Source: Candidatus Hodarchaeota archaeon (GTDB lineage: Archaea > Asgardarchaeota > Heimdallarchaeia > Hodarchaeales > Hodarchaeaceae). Taken from it: 60,501 bases of DNA. The notes under the pieces are model-generated. The model had not been told where the DNA came from. It made no database searches and saw only the letters and a program-made list of their open reading frames with translations. The position numbers and the translations under genes are program-made. Position 1 is the stretch's first letter, and each line of letters starts with the position of its first letter. The DNA lies in contig JAEOTY010000022.1 in NCBI GenBank assembly GCA_016839625.1, positions 1 to 60,501 of the forward strand, read 5' to 3'. Of this stretch, positions 37,201 to 45,587 are shown one piece after another.

Positions 37201-38588
37201 GTGTAACACTTATTGATAAAATTCTCAATGAGAAAGTAGCTACATTTTCGAGAAATGACAATTATTGGATGAATGACGGTAAATCAATCACCCGTGCAAG
37301 TAAGAGTCTCATTCAATTCGAGCAAGATGGTCCTTATGACTTCCAATTTGTTATGGGAAAGAAAAAATATATTGTTTTCAATCATGATGAACAAAGACAA
37401 ACGTGGGTAGAGAAAGAATTAACAGGTTTAGAATCCAAAAGAGCAGATTTCTCAAAATTACAAAAATATTTTCAAGAAAAGGTCATCGGCGCTTATTTAG
37501 AACAATACAATCCAGATGACCCAAGAACACTTGGCGAAGTGTACCAAAACGCAATTAATACCGCCAATCTCATTCGGTCTGAAATGGTTGAGGGGCGAAT
37601 AGACCCGAGTTATTTTGTAAAACCAAAGGCAATTAATAAACCATTAAGGGCTTATAAGTCGAAATTACCTCAGGTATCAGCTGCTTATATTTTAAAGGAT
37701 CTCGGTTTCTCTGTGGATCCTGGTACACGGATCCAAATGTTAAATATCAAGGGGAACCATGTTATCCCCCGTCAGATTTTTGATTTTGAATTTAGTAAAA
37801 TTAAAGAAGTATTAGTTAAACACGCAATCGCTACTCTCAGTTTTATGCTCGGTGAACTCTCAACAAAAGAAGATCTAAAGAAGTTAATCGATGTCCGTCA
37901 ATATACTGAAGATGTTTTTGGCCCTGGACGAATCTACGATCGGATGATCCGCTATCCTATGGAAGCTCAACAATTAACTTCACATTCTCAACAGGAATTA
38001 GACTTGAATGATATCGAAACATATCCCAAAATCCCTGAAAAAGCATTAACAACTCAAGATTCCCAAGAGCAACAGTCGATTAGCCCAGAAAAAAAGAAGT
38101 TAGCTATGAAGAAAAGACGAAAGAGTAGCAAGTCCTCAATAAAGACTAAGAAACGATCTGGGAGCACAGTGACTTTTTCTCAAGAAAAACCAACGCGTCC
38201 GAGTTTAGAAAGCCTCTTTCAAAGCGATGTGAAAACCTCTGACTCTTTATCAATGAACTTTGCTAATGAAATTGTTAAAAAACCAATTAGATCTAAGAGA
38301 ACAGAAAAAATCAAAAAGGCTAAGACACACTCAAACTCTGTGAATAAAGCCAAACAGGAAGATATTAACAAAGAAATCCCCCTATTTACTTCAGAAGAGC
38401 TTCAAGAGCTGGAGAAAAACGAAACTTTTTCGAATGGTTCAAATAACAACCAGGAAAACTATGAATTGGAGTTGGATACTCCCGCTGAAGAACAGTTGGT
38501 ATGTTCGGAATGTGGAGCATTAGTTCATTCAGGAGAAATTACGGATGAAGGGTGTAAATTTTGCGGAGGACGTGTAATTACTCAATAA
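34209..38588 (+). CDS. polB: Family B DNA polymerase, Pol-epsilon-catalytic-core-like, with a C-terminal zinc ribbon
   Basis: Exo I ILAFDIET, Exo III YACCDGYITW, motif A HVDVTSMYPSQI, motif B KVPLNSIYGLLG, motif C TELDTDGVW (DTDG as in Pol epsilon, not DTDS). CRMC-x8-C lies 21 aa after the motif A Met. The C-terminal CSEC-x13-CKFC closes the protein. Length 1459 aa. Confidence 0.9.
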   Translation: MSKSRRSEPSYAGYRSWFQSFLYNQRENIPIFILDFETHSYWEDTYENQESKLVNGIQIYFLDENHQKHKAFLRHEPYYYLLLDSNLSSSETNRIMARIKEIGEKQVSKVEKGNYYDAANLTFLVKKPFIKVTVDRPGSVPTLRAKSEEISGIKEWREADVLFHHRCAIDHNIRVGAWYQAEITGGVIQNLSLIPNKAPPHLKILAFDIETVFELTRDPNPNKDAISMISLFTGDKNVLLVNSNVVKSNNLQDIEIILRQSDENNLIPWVDWENSDGKIDSSTILERFPVKFVITKTEKELLQLFYQFIREYQPDILTDFFGGRFDIPFLAVRSEKHKISLEKETGFKILFKNSQRALVRKDLYKYYSAANIDHVSGAGIIHLDAYLFNEKYSYLPKKDLGLKPSVEKKLKIKPIGREALFNIKEDPVGAAAYACCDGYITWKYVRELVVDFFISMGQMFPVSASELLTRRAGTLDDLLIDAEDHQHGIIGRRRVGQNEIDSFSPSIHIESLAYTGGLVEARRPGIWRRDLYYDYTVNKEAVRSLKKIVQKVIAKESKMLAKKVIKEEFDKLLLTSIGGVTVEYSEDPVKFLKQFEVELLKNGTPPQKLTKQLDYVRNILEEISAYHPVNVDEVTTDILAQIDQLSSLSGKTQLHGIHVDVTSMYPSQIRQYKLQPSGIVPLTMCRMCDLAEADNSCFFEGDWVIKLTAHRPCRFKSEESRRCPHSVCTAEIEAKCKNYEPIQSNISRSLELFTFDGKKTEAFILKGSEFENVPINQTYFGSSIPNNPFVTLQQWLKNSVDATQLTATLDQNHFVVFDDAPKNLKLPANVFMSLDVRTKKISILLSVSSRVCQKAYDFIVRIMDDFFNTRVRHKIETNRLTQIIIQKKANNQPITPELLRQQKYHDSTQLGMKVPLNSIYGLLGMKGGVRNASTPCAGITTKLSADLIYWAANQLELIGLVTELDTDGVWLWVPKLFPLDFPVTIHNHLKENKSKTFSVTLIDKILNEKVATFSRNDNYWMNDGKSITRASKSLIQFEQDGPYDFQFVMGKKKYIVFNHDEQRQTWVEKELTGLESKRADFSKLQKYFQEKVIGAYLEQYNPDDPRTLGEVYQNAINTANLIRSEMVEGRIDPSYFVKPKAINKPLRAYKSKLPQVSAAYILKDLGFSVDPGTRIQMLNIKGNHVIPRQIFDFEFSKIKEVLVKHAIATLSFMLGELSTKEDLKKLIDVRQYTEDVFGPGRIYDRMIRYPMEAQQLTSHSQQELDLNDIETYPKIPEKALTTQDSQEQQSISPEKKKLAMKKRRKSSKSSIKTKKRSGSTVTFSQEKPTRPSLESLFQSDVKTSDSLSMNFANEIVKKPIRSKRTEKIKKAKTHSNSVNKAKQEDINKEIPLFTSEELQELEKNETFSNGSNNNQENYELELDTPAEEQLVCSECGALVHSGEITDEGCKFCGGRVITQ

Positions 38589-38799
38589 TTAGTAAAATAA
38601 AATAGTATAGGGGTATTCAGACACTTTAATAGACTTTTCTCTGATTTCAATTAATTTACTCGAATCCTATTTACCCCAAAACCTGTATATATAAATCAAA
38701 GTGTAAGTTTAATACATAGGGATTTTGTTAAAATATTATTATAAAATGACTCCCTATTGCCATACAAGAGACCAATACTGTAATAAGGTTGAATTCTGA

Positions 38800-41067
38800 T
38801 TGACAAGCCAGTATCAATTTCCTAGATCACTAGAAGGATTTGCATTAGACCAAACAGAGCAGTTTCTTAAGCCGAGGACGTTTGTTGATTTATTATTTCT
38901 GTTTCTATTAATTTTTTGGTGGATGACATCCTTTTTATTCCCTAACAATCCAATATTCCGTGCTTCAATGTTTGGTGGTTTGATTGTTCTTCTCATATTC
39001 ATACCGTTATACATTTTCTTTGCAAAAACAGAAAAATCTGCGGCTTCTCCACTGAACAGAGCGATAAAAATTCTCATCTTCTATATCCTGATTCTGATCT
39101 TCACTCCTGATTTTACAATTCCGAATTTATGGGATCCAAATTTACCAATTTCTTATGGTGAACTCGAGCGAGCAATTGTATGCATTCTTGTTCCTCTAGC
39201 GATAATATGGAATGGTTTCTCCCCTAGGACTCTTAAGATAGGGTACTTATTTTATATCCAAAGGATTCTTCAGAGCTGCTGGCTGGCAACATTAATTCTT
39301 TACATTTTCAAAGGGATTTACCTTTTTCATCCTATTCCTATTTTGCCCTTGGATTTCGATCTTTTACTTCTTGTCGCATTTGGTATGTTTTTAATTGGGA
39401 ATCTAATTCCTGTTGCTCCTAAACAACTCTCACTGAGTGCAACTGATTTGTTTGATCAGTACCAAGCACTTAAATCTCAGAAAGAAAGATTGCGTGATGC
39501 TTTATTATTCGGTAGTGTTTGCTTACTAATTTTCTTATTTCTCCAGTGGATTAGTTCGGCTTATATCGAGCTCTTTCAATATATCGCTTTTCTTAGTCTA
39601 TTTATTGGAATAATTTTGATTTTCACCCCAGAAAGACATAATAAAAGAAAATTTGGTTCATTGTTAGATTCTATTTCTGGCCAAGCTCAAGTCATTGACC
39701 CTACAAGTAACCTTGGCAATCGTGTTCAAAATTTTGCTCAGACAATTCAAGAAACTAAGTTTAAAAGGCCAGAGCGAGTCTACACCATCCCAACTGATGG
39801 AATGAGGCTTATAAGTAAAGGAAAAACCACAGTGTCAGCTAGCAAAGGGGCAATTGCTGTACCAACTGTCACAGATAAAGGTACAGCGTTAGTGTTAATG
39901 GGTAAATCCGAATTAGAGACAAAAGCTGAAAACCAAGAAACTTCAACAAAAAAGGAAATTGAGGGAACTACCACATTATGGTTACAACCAGAAGAGTGGG
40001 ATAATATTCAACTCCAGTTAAATCCAATAGAAATGAGTGACTTGACGCAGAAGGAGTTGAAAGACGCAGGAATAGAGGTTGCAACAGAGATCTTTGAGAA
40101 AACTAAAAAAGCACTGAATGATCTAAAAGCATGGCGCGGACCACAAGGAATCTTTTCATCAGTTCTTGACACTGCTCCCTCAAAGTATGCTATTGAAGAA
40201 ACAGAAGATTATTCTCGTGTACGATTACCAGGTGTATATGTTTTTGAATCGAAAAACCTTGAACTGGTTAACATTTTAGGTGGTTTAGTAAAAGTAATCG
40301 ACATGAAGGGAGTTGGGCAATATGTTCAAGTTTTTGGAGGTTTTGTCACAGTTTTGGAAACATCTGAATATACATTTGTACAAACTCCTTTTGTTTCCGT
40401 TATTGATACACCAAAGGGAGAAAGAGTTAGAGTATTTGGAATCGATATTCAAGAGGGAGAAAAGCTTGATTTAGACGCAATGCGATCAAAAATCATTCAA
40501 GATAAGAGTAACTTTGACCAATTATTTACTAAGCGAGTAGAAACTCTTTTTGAAGAGGATCCTCAGCTATTATTAACTGATTCGAAAGGAGAAAAGCTAG
40601 GGTTTCTTGTAGGAGAGGATGAAGTATTAAGTGATACCTCCATGAGAATTAAAAGCGTAAAAGGACTAAAAGGTTTAAAAGGCCTAAAGGGCTTAAAAGG
40701 AATAGAGACGCATGATTCAGGTTTTCATCGAAGAGAACACAAGCATGAACATAAGCGTCAGAGAAAAGAAAAGAGAGCTAAGGTACGATTCAGTAAAACA
40801 GTAGCTAAGGAACAACCATCCCCAGAAATTGTCACGTTAGATCTCGATACTGAAGGTGTACCGAAAGATGATCCTCAGCTACAAGAAATAGAGGTAGCTT
40901 TAACCCGTGTTGAAGAATCTATTAATGTAGCTGATGAAAAATTCCTTAATAATGAAATTTCTGAAAGTAAGCATACGGAAATAATAGATCGATTGAAAGC
41001 AAGAAAAATTCAATTGAAAAAAGAGAAAGATGAAATCGAAAATAAACTAAAGTTGAAGTTCGTTTGA
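38800..41067 (+). CDS. Polytopic membrane protein with a large soluble C-terminal region, (KGL)4 repeat and basic/coiled-coil tail
   Basis: The N-terminal about 290 aa hold 7-8 TMs, followed by a soluble domain. Further features are SVKGLKGLKGLKGLKG, HRREHKHEHKRQRKEKRAK and a terminal coiled coil. The track start is TTG, so the true start is uncertain. Confidence 0.55.
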   Translation: MTSQYQFPRSLEGFALDQTEQFLKPRTFVDLLFLFLLIFWWMTSFLFPNNPIFRASMFGGLIVLLIFIPLYIFFAKTEKSAASPLNRAIKILIFYILILIFTPDFTIPNLWDPNLPISYGELERAIVCILVPLAIIWNGFSPRTLKIGYLFYIQRILQSCWLATLILYIFKGIYLFHPIPILPLDFDLLLLVAFGMFLIGNLIPVAPKQLSLSATDLFDQYQALKSQKERLRDALLFGSVCLLIFLFLQWISSAYIELFQYIAFLSLFIGIILIFTPERHNKRKFGSLLDSISGQAQVIDPTSNLGNRVQNFAQTIQETKFKRPERVYTIPTDGMRLISKGKTTVSASKGAIAVPTVTDKGTALVLMGKSELETKAENQETSTKKEIEGTTTLWLQPEEWDNIQLQLNPIEMSDLTQKELKDAGIEVATEIFEKTKKALNDLKAWRGPQGIFSSVLDTAPSKYAIEETEDYSRVRLPGVYVFESKNLELVNILGGLVKVIDMKGVGQYVQVFGGFVTVLETSEYTFVQTPFVSVIDTPKGERVRVFGIDIQEGEKLDLDAMRSKIIQDKSNFDQLFTKRVETLFEEDPQLLLTDSKGEKLGFLVGEDEVLSDTSMRIKSVKGLKGLKGLKGLKGIETHDSGFHRREHKHEHKRQRKEKRAKVRFSKTVAKEQPSPEIVTLDLDTEGVPKDDPQLQEIEVALTRVEESINVADEKFLNNEISESKHTEIIDRLKARKIQLKKEKDEIENKLKLKFV

Positions 41068-41114
41068 ATGATTACTGAATGAAACTAGGAATAGAAAACA
41101 AGAATTTTTAGGGC

Positions 41115-43088
41115 TCAAAAATTGTTTTCTGAGGATCCAAAAGCTTGAAGAGCCATATCTAAGCCTTTAATTATTGATTTTAGCTTGAATTTAGATTCCG
41201 CTTGTATAATTTGATCCATTTTTAGTGTTAAGAGGGAAATTCGGTTTTTAACGACTTTTTGTACTTCTTCTCTATTATTCTTAGTGTTATTTTCAATCCA
41301 TTCTATCATGTGGGAAATAGATTGAGTGAACATGTCAATCGCTCTTTTCTCTTCTTTTCTTTTTAATGCTACAATACCAGCATCATGATAGACTCTACTT
41401 GCACGCTTAAGACTAATCAAAGCATTGAACAAGGTTTTTTTTCGTTGTTCAAGGAGGGATTCAGTAGGTGGAAGAGTTGATAATCCTTTATATCCCGCGA
41501 GAAACATTTGAGCCGCATTTTCAAAATCTTCCAATCGAAAAAGAATGTTTGCAGATTGAATCTGAATGTGAATAAAATCTGAAACAGGAGCATTTGATTC
41601 CTTTAAACTTTTGAGCGCTATGTCAAAAGAGTCAATGGCTGATTGAAATTGATTTCTTATCTCCTCGATTCTCCCCTTTTCAAATGAAACCAAACCAAGA
41701 ATTCTATCTTTTTGAATGCTAGACTCTTGCTCTTCTAAGAGGCCTTCAGCTCTAGAAAGCAATTCATAGGCCCTATTATAATCTTTTATAATTCTGGCTC
41801 CGTCATATAGTGATCTACTGGCAGATATATAGTCCTTCGTCTCCATAAATAAATTAGTGGCTTCCTCTAGAAGTTTAACTGCTTTTTTATTATTGCCAAG
41901 TGAAAAGTAAGCATTTACTGCTAAAATTAATGATGTTGCAGCTTCCTTCTGTTTTTCCTCATTCATCAGTAAAAAATGCCCTGTTTTAACTCTTTGTTCT
42001 GCTGATCTTCGAACTAATCCAAGAGCATAAGCAGGATTTTCTTCCCTCTCCTTTTCAGCTTGAAACATTAACCTACTGGCATAAGTCGATGAATATTTTG
42101 CTGCTAAACGATAATTTTTTTCCATTGTTAATTTTACTGCTTTTTCGAAACAGGAATTAGCTTCATCAAAGCGAGATTGTTCGTGGAGTACAATCCCCAT
42201 GTCATTGTTGAGTGAGGCGATCAATAAAGGATCTTTTACCCACATAGCGCCTGCTTGGAGAAGCTCAATTGCTCTCTCAAACTCTTGAATATGATAAGCA
42301 CAATTACCGGCAAAACACGAGGCTTCTCCAGATTCCTCAAATAATCGAACTCGAGCATAAGCATCAGCAGCTTTCCCAAATGCCTCCCCTGCTTCTCGGA
42401 AATTGTTACCTGCTAAAAATATTTGACCAACCAACGAAAATGCGTGACCTGCTCCTTGATCATCAACGTTTTCCAATCGATTTGCAACTTTTAGAGCAGT
42501 CCATAGCTGGTTTCTGTCTTTGAGATTTTCCCAAGCATTTCTAGCGGTTTCTAGATCCTGAAGAGCTCGTGGGATAGCGTAATCAGAGTCCACATCGAAA
42601 GATATTGCATCAAGTTTTTCTCTATCTTCGTTTGTGCTAAGTGACTCGATAATCTTTTCCCAAATGGTTTGAGCAGAAAAATTAGAGCCTTCTTCCTTTA
42701 AAACGTCTAAATATTCAAAAATAAACGTTTCAAGATGAGAATTCATCTCTTTTTCTGTTGATTTTTCAGATAAAAATGCTAAAAAGAAAGGACGTTCTTT
42801 ACCACGTAAAGAGGGGTCTATCCATGAATCAAATGCAACACGGGCTGTTATGTTTTGACCCAAACTTAATAAGGGAACAGAGAACTCTGTACGCTGAGAA
42901 TGACCATGTTGTCCAAAAACGGTAACAGAAGCGAGGTAAATTTGCAGAGCAACGGATTCTGGGTCGTCTAATGATGCCACTGGGAATAAGGATATTATAG
43001 AAGGCCCTGAGATATCATCCCAGCGAACGGCGAGGATAGTAAGATCCAATCTTTCGGGTTCATGAGCCTCTGGTTTGAATGGTTCCAA
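41115..43088 (-). CDS. TPR/SNAP-like helical repeat protein with a possible longin/uDENN-like N-terminal domain
   Basis: The N-terminus LTILAVRWDDISGPSIISLFPVASLDDPESVALQIY resembles the opening of longin/uDENN modules. The rest consists of repeated helical hairpins, for example GAGHAFSLVGQIFLAGNNFREAGEAFGKAADAYARVRLFEESGEASCFAGNCAY. Confidence 0.5.
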   Translation of the reverse strand: MEPFKPEAHEPERLDLTILAVRWDDISGPSIISLFPVASLDDPESVALQIYLASVTVFGQHGHSQRTEFSVPLLSLGQNITARVAFDSWIDPSLRGKERPFFLAFLSEKSTEKEMNSHLETFIFEYLDVLKEEGSNFSAQTIWEKIIESLSTNEDREKLDAISFDVDSDYAIPRALQDLETARNAWENLKDRNQLWTALKVANRLENVDDQGAGHAFSLVGQIFLAGNNFREAGEAFGKAADAYARVRLFEESGEASCFAGNCAYHIQEFERAIELLQAGAMWVKDPLLIASLNNDMGIVLHEQSRFDEANSCFEKAVKLTMEKNYRLAAKYSSTYASRLMFQAEKEREENPAYALGLVRRSAEQRVKTGHFLLMNEEKQKEAATSLILAVNAYFSLGNNKKAVKLLEEATNLFMETKDYISASRSLYDGARIIKDYNRAYELLSRAEGLLEEQESSIQKDRILGLVSFEKGRIEEIRNQFQSAIDSFDIALKSLKESNAPVSDFIHIQIQSANILFRLEDFENAAQMFLAGYKGLSTLPPTESLLEQRKKTLFNALISLKRASRVYHDAGIVALKRKEEKRAIDMFTQSISHMIEWIENNTKNNREEVQKVVKNRISLLTLKMDQIIQAESKFKLKSIIKGLDMALQAFGSSENNF

Positions 43089-43248
43089 TCTATATCACTT
43101 AATTATAAAAACCTATTGAATTTATTTATTACGGCTTTAAAATAATCTGTTTTCCTTAAGGCTTTTCTGACATATTAAGAATCACTAGTAAAAAGTTAAC
43201 TATTAACAGATCTGTTCGAGAAGATAAGTGTACATTAACATTAATTGA

Positions 43249-45054
43249 TTAGTCATCCCTACTTGAGATTTCTCTTAAGCGACGAAGATCAATTAATTTT
43301 TTCTCTGATATTGTCATTCGGTCTACTAACTGAAATTCACCCAATTGTGAGAGTTCTACAGTTGGTGCTAAGGCTGTAAATGACTCGGAGCCATTTATCC
43401 TTATTATCATGCTGGTAAACTTGTCTTCTGGTTTTAATTGCCAAGATAAAAGTTTTTGAGCTTTTTCTTTTCCAATGGCAGGTTTTAGATAAGTTGGATC
43501 TACCATTGTAATGTTGAAATCTGAAGGTATTCGGTCTGTAAGAGTAATTTTTTCAGTAATCGGATTTGAAATTGAATAGTACCAAAGGTATTCGTAATCT
43601 TTTGAATCTACGATAGGTTGCGAAATCTTTTCTATTTTAATAACTCCAGCAACACATTCAACCTCATCCTTATAGTGTCTAGTAAGAGGTCTCTCGTGAA
43701 ATCGGTAAAAAACTGAAAAATTATCTCCTGGATTAAGAGAACTAAAGATCCATCTATACAGTGTAGATTCTGGTGTTGGTAGATTAATGGGTTTAATTTT
43801 AAAACTTGGTTCTGATTGTTTAACTATCAATTCTGGTGGGATAACATCTTCAATTAGGATTTCGCGTAGAACCATTCCCGTTGTATTTACGAAGTCTATC
43901 CTAGCTTCCAAGTCTTGCTTAACTGAATGAAATGAGCTTATTACTGAGACTTTATTTTCTTTTCTAAGAATTATTGAACGTTCAACTCGTTTTCTCAAAA
44001 TATATTCAACAGCAATCTTTTCTCCTGGTTCAATTTGGTCTTTTCTCCAAGTAAATACTAATCCATCGGTTGAACTTGTTTTTTCTTCCAATTTAAAATC
44101 AGTCTTTACATCAACAACCTCCCATTGAAACGGAATGGTGTTGACAATTTCAATGTTGAATAGTTCTTCTTCAAATACATTAGTCAGCTCTGTTTTTGAA
44201 ACATAATCCAGATCTAAATTGTCAGTACTTTTCAATACATCAGCTGTAGTTAATTCGCTAGCAGTATCTTGTTTCAATTCATCAGTACTTTTAGGCGCTT
44301 CAACTGATGAGGAGAGAGTATCATCCCCTTCAATCCCCTCTATTGAGGTTTCAATAGATTTAAAAGGGTTTAATGTGACCTCGGGATCGATAAATCGCGC
44401 TCCGCCCTCTTTATCTTTCACTACTGCGTTTGTTTGGATATTTTGGTACTTTTCTTCCCTTGTTGCCTTGGAAATAGCTGCTAGAACCGCGAAAGAACTC
44501 AGGGTTGATGATTCTTCATTCTCAAGCTGAGGAACTAGGTAATCTTTCTTTATTGGTTGAGCTTCTTCCTCGGATATCAATAAAGAATGATTGAGGGGGA
44601 TTAACTCCTCTTCCTCCTCAATCGGTAGAATATCAATATCTGGAAGTGCTTCTACTTCTATAGCTGCCTCCTCCGTTTCTTCTTCTTCTTCGATTTTTGA
44701 TTGTGTTTGGCGTTCAAGCGCATCTAAGGCAATTCGATATTGATGCGTTGTAGAGGAAAATCCATATTCCTTCCCTTTTTCAAGTAATATTTCAGCAGTT
44801 TCAATATCATCAATCATTAAATGGCGCATAATTGCTTTACCGTAACATACAGCCGCTTTTTCTCTATTTTTTAAGTCAAGAAAGAAATCTCCTGCTAATG
44901 TGAGATATTGGCCTGCTTTTTTTCGATCTCCCTTGTCATCATAACATTTGGCCGCATCTTCAAATAAACTTGCTGAAATCGTGAGAGAATGCTTTGAGGC
45001 TTCGGTTCCCTCTCTTACTAAATCTTCACAATCTGTTTTTGGCATTCTAGTCAC
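43249..45054 (-). CDS. Hypothetical protein: TPR/SNAP-like N-domain, acidic linker, three beta-rich repeats
   Basis: N-terminal LFEDAAKCYDDKGDRKKAGQYLTLAGDFFLDLKNREKAAVCYGKAI is followed by an EEEE-rich linker. Three segments then share the pattern (D/N).IP..(F/L)....W.....L.PG(D/E). Examples are VNTIPFQWEV..FTWRKDQIEPGEK, EDVIPPELIV..YRWIFSSLNPGDN and TDRIPSDFNI..LSWQLKPEDK. Confidence 0.5.
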   Translation of the reverse strand: MTRMPKTDCEDLVREGTEASKHSLTISASLFEDAAKCYDDKGDRKKAGQYLTLAGDFFLDLKNREKAAVCYGKAIMRHLMIDDIETAEILLEKGKEYGFSSTTHQYRIALDALERQTQSKIEEEEETEEAAIEVEALPDIDILPIEEEEELIPLNHSLLISEEEAQPIKKDYLVPQLENEESSTLSSFAVLAAISKATREEKYQNIQTNAVVKDKEGGARFIDPEVTLNPFKSIETSIEGIEGDDTLSSSVEAPKSTDELKQDTASELTTADVLKSTDNLDLDYVSKTELTNVFEEELFNIEIVNTIPFQWEVVDVKTDFKLEEKTSSTDGLVFTWRKDQIEPGEKIAVEYILRKRVERSIILRKENKVSVISSFHSVKQDLEARIDFVNTTGMVLREILIEDVIPPELIVKQSEPSFKIKPINLPTPESTLYRWIFSSLNPGDNFSVFYRFHERPLTRHYKDEVECVAGVIKIEKISQPIVDSKDYEYLWYYSISNPITEKITLTDRIPSDFNITMVDPTYLKPAIGKEKAQKLLSWQLKPEDKFTSMIIRINGSESFTALAPTVELSQLGEFQLVDRMTISEKKLIDLRRLREISSRDD

Positions 45055-45062
45055 TTGGTTAA

Positions 45063-45446
45063 TTATTCTATGATTCTGTACTTGGATTCAATAACTAAAA
45101 CTTCTGATATGCGGGGATTATAGTCCTCCAGAGGATTCCTGTCGTCATACGTAATGGATTGAAATGTCCTTGAAAAAATTACCCAAGAAACACGTTTATT
45201 GTTGCTTTTTACAAAATGAGACAATCTTTGAAAAGCCTCTTTGCCCTCGCTTCCGAATGATTGCTCACAAAGCTTCTGAATTTCAGTGAGTAATTCAGGA
45301 GTGCTGTTTCTGGAATAAAGCCCTAGTTTCTCAAGAAGGTCAGCCTCTTTTGGGTTAATTTTATTCTCTTTCAATAATTGAACGATGAACGAAGGATCTT
45401 GCATGCTTTGACTTGCTTCCCCAAAAGTAATATTGATGAAAGGCAC
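45063..45446 (-). CDS. Hypothetical protein
   Basis: The 127-aa ORF lies 8 nt upstream of the 601-aa gene on the same strand. I recognise no motif. Confidence 0.4.
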   Translation of the reverse strand: MPFINITFGEASQSMQDPSFIVQLLKENKINPKEADLLEKLGLYSRNSTPELLTEIQKLCEQSFGSEGKEAFQRLSHFVKSNNKRVSWVIFSRTFQSITYDDRNPLEDYNPRISEVLVIESKYRIIE

Positions 45447-45587
45447 GAGCTAAAACCTCATTCCGTTCTACTTCACTTTATTTTGTTATCAGTATAGTTA
45501 CAAATTGTAACTATAGGATATTAAAAATTTACTTGATTTAAATAATTTAATAAACAAATATCCAAAGGGGGTGGTCGAGAGCTTTAA

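Noticed and set aside
34209-38588. An intein as the explanation for the unusual 1459-aa length of PolB.
   Set aside because: I see no intein splicing blocks (no Cys/Ser-start block A, and no HN-Cys/Ser/Thr junction) between the polymerase motifs. The extra length is accounted for by a Pol-epsilon-like insertion between motifs A and B and a low-complexity C-terminal extension.
4228-40701. CRISPR arrays.
   Set aside because: The only regular repeats (the 75-bp array at 4228-4440, the Cys-Ala hexamers at 19977-20015 and the KGL nonamers at 40660-40701) are contiguous, spacer-less and in-frame within coding sequence. There are no cas genes.
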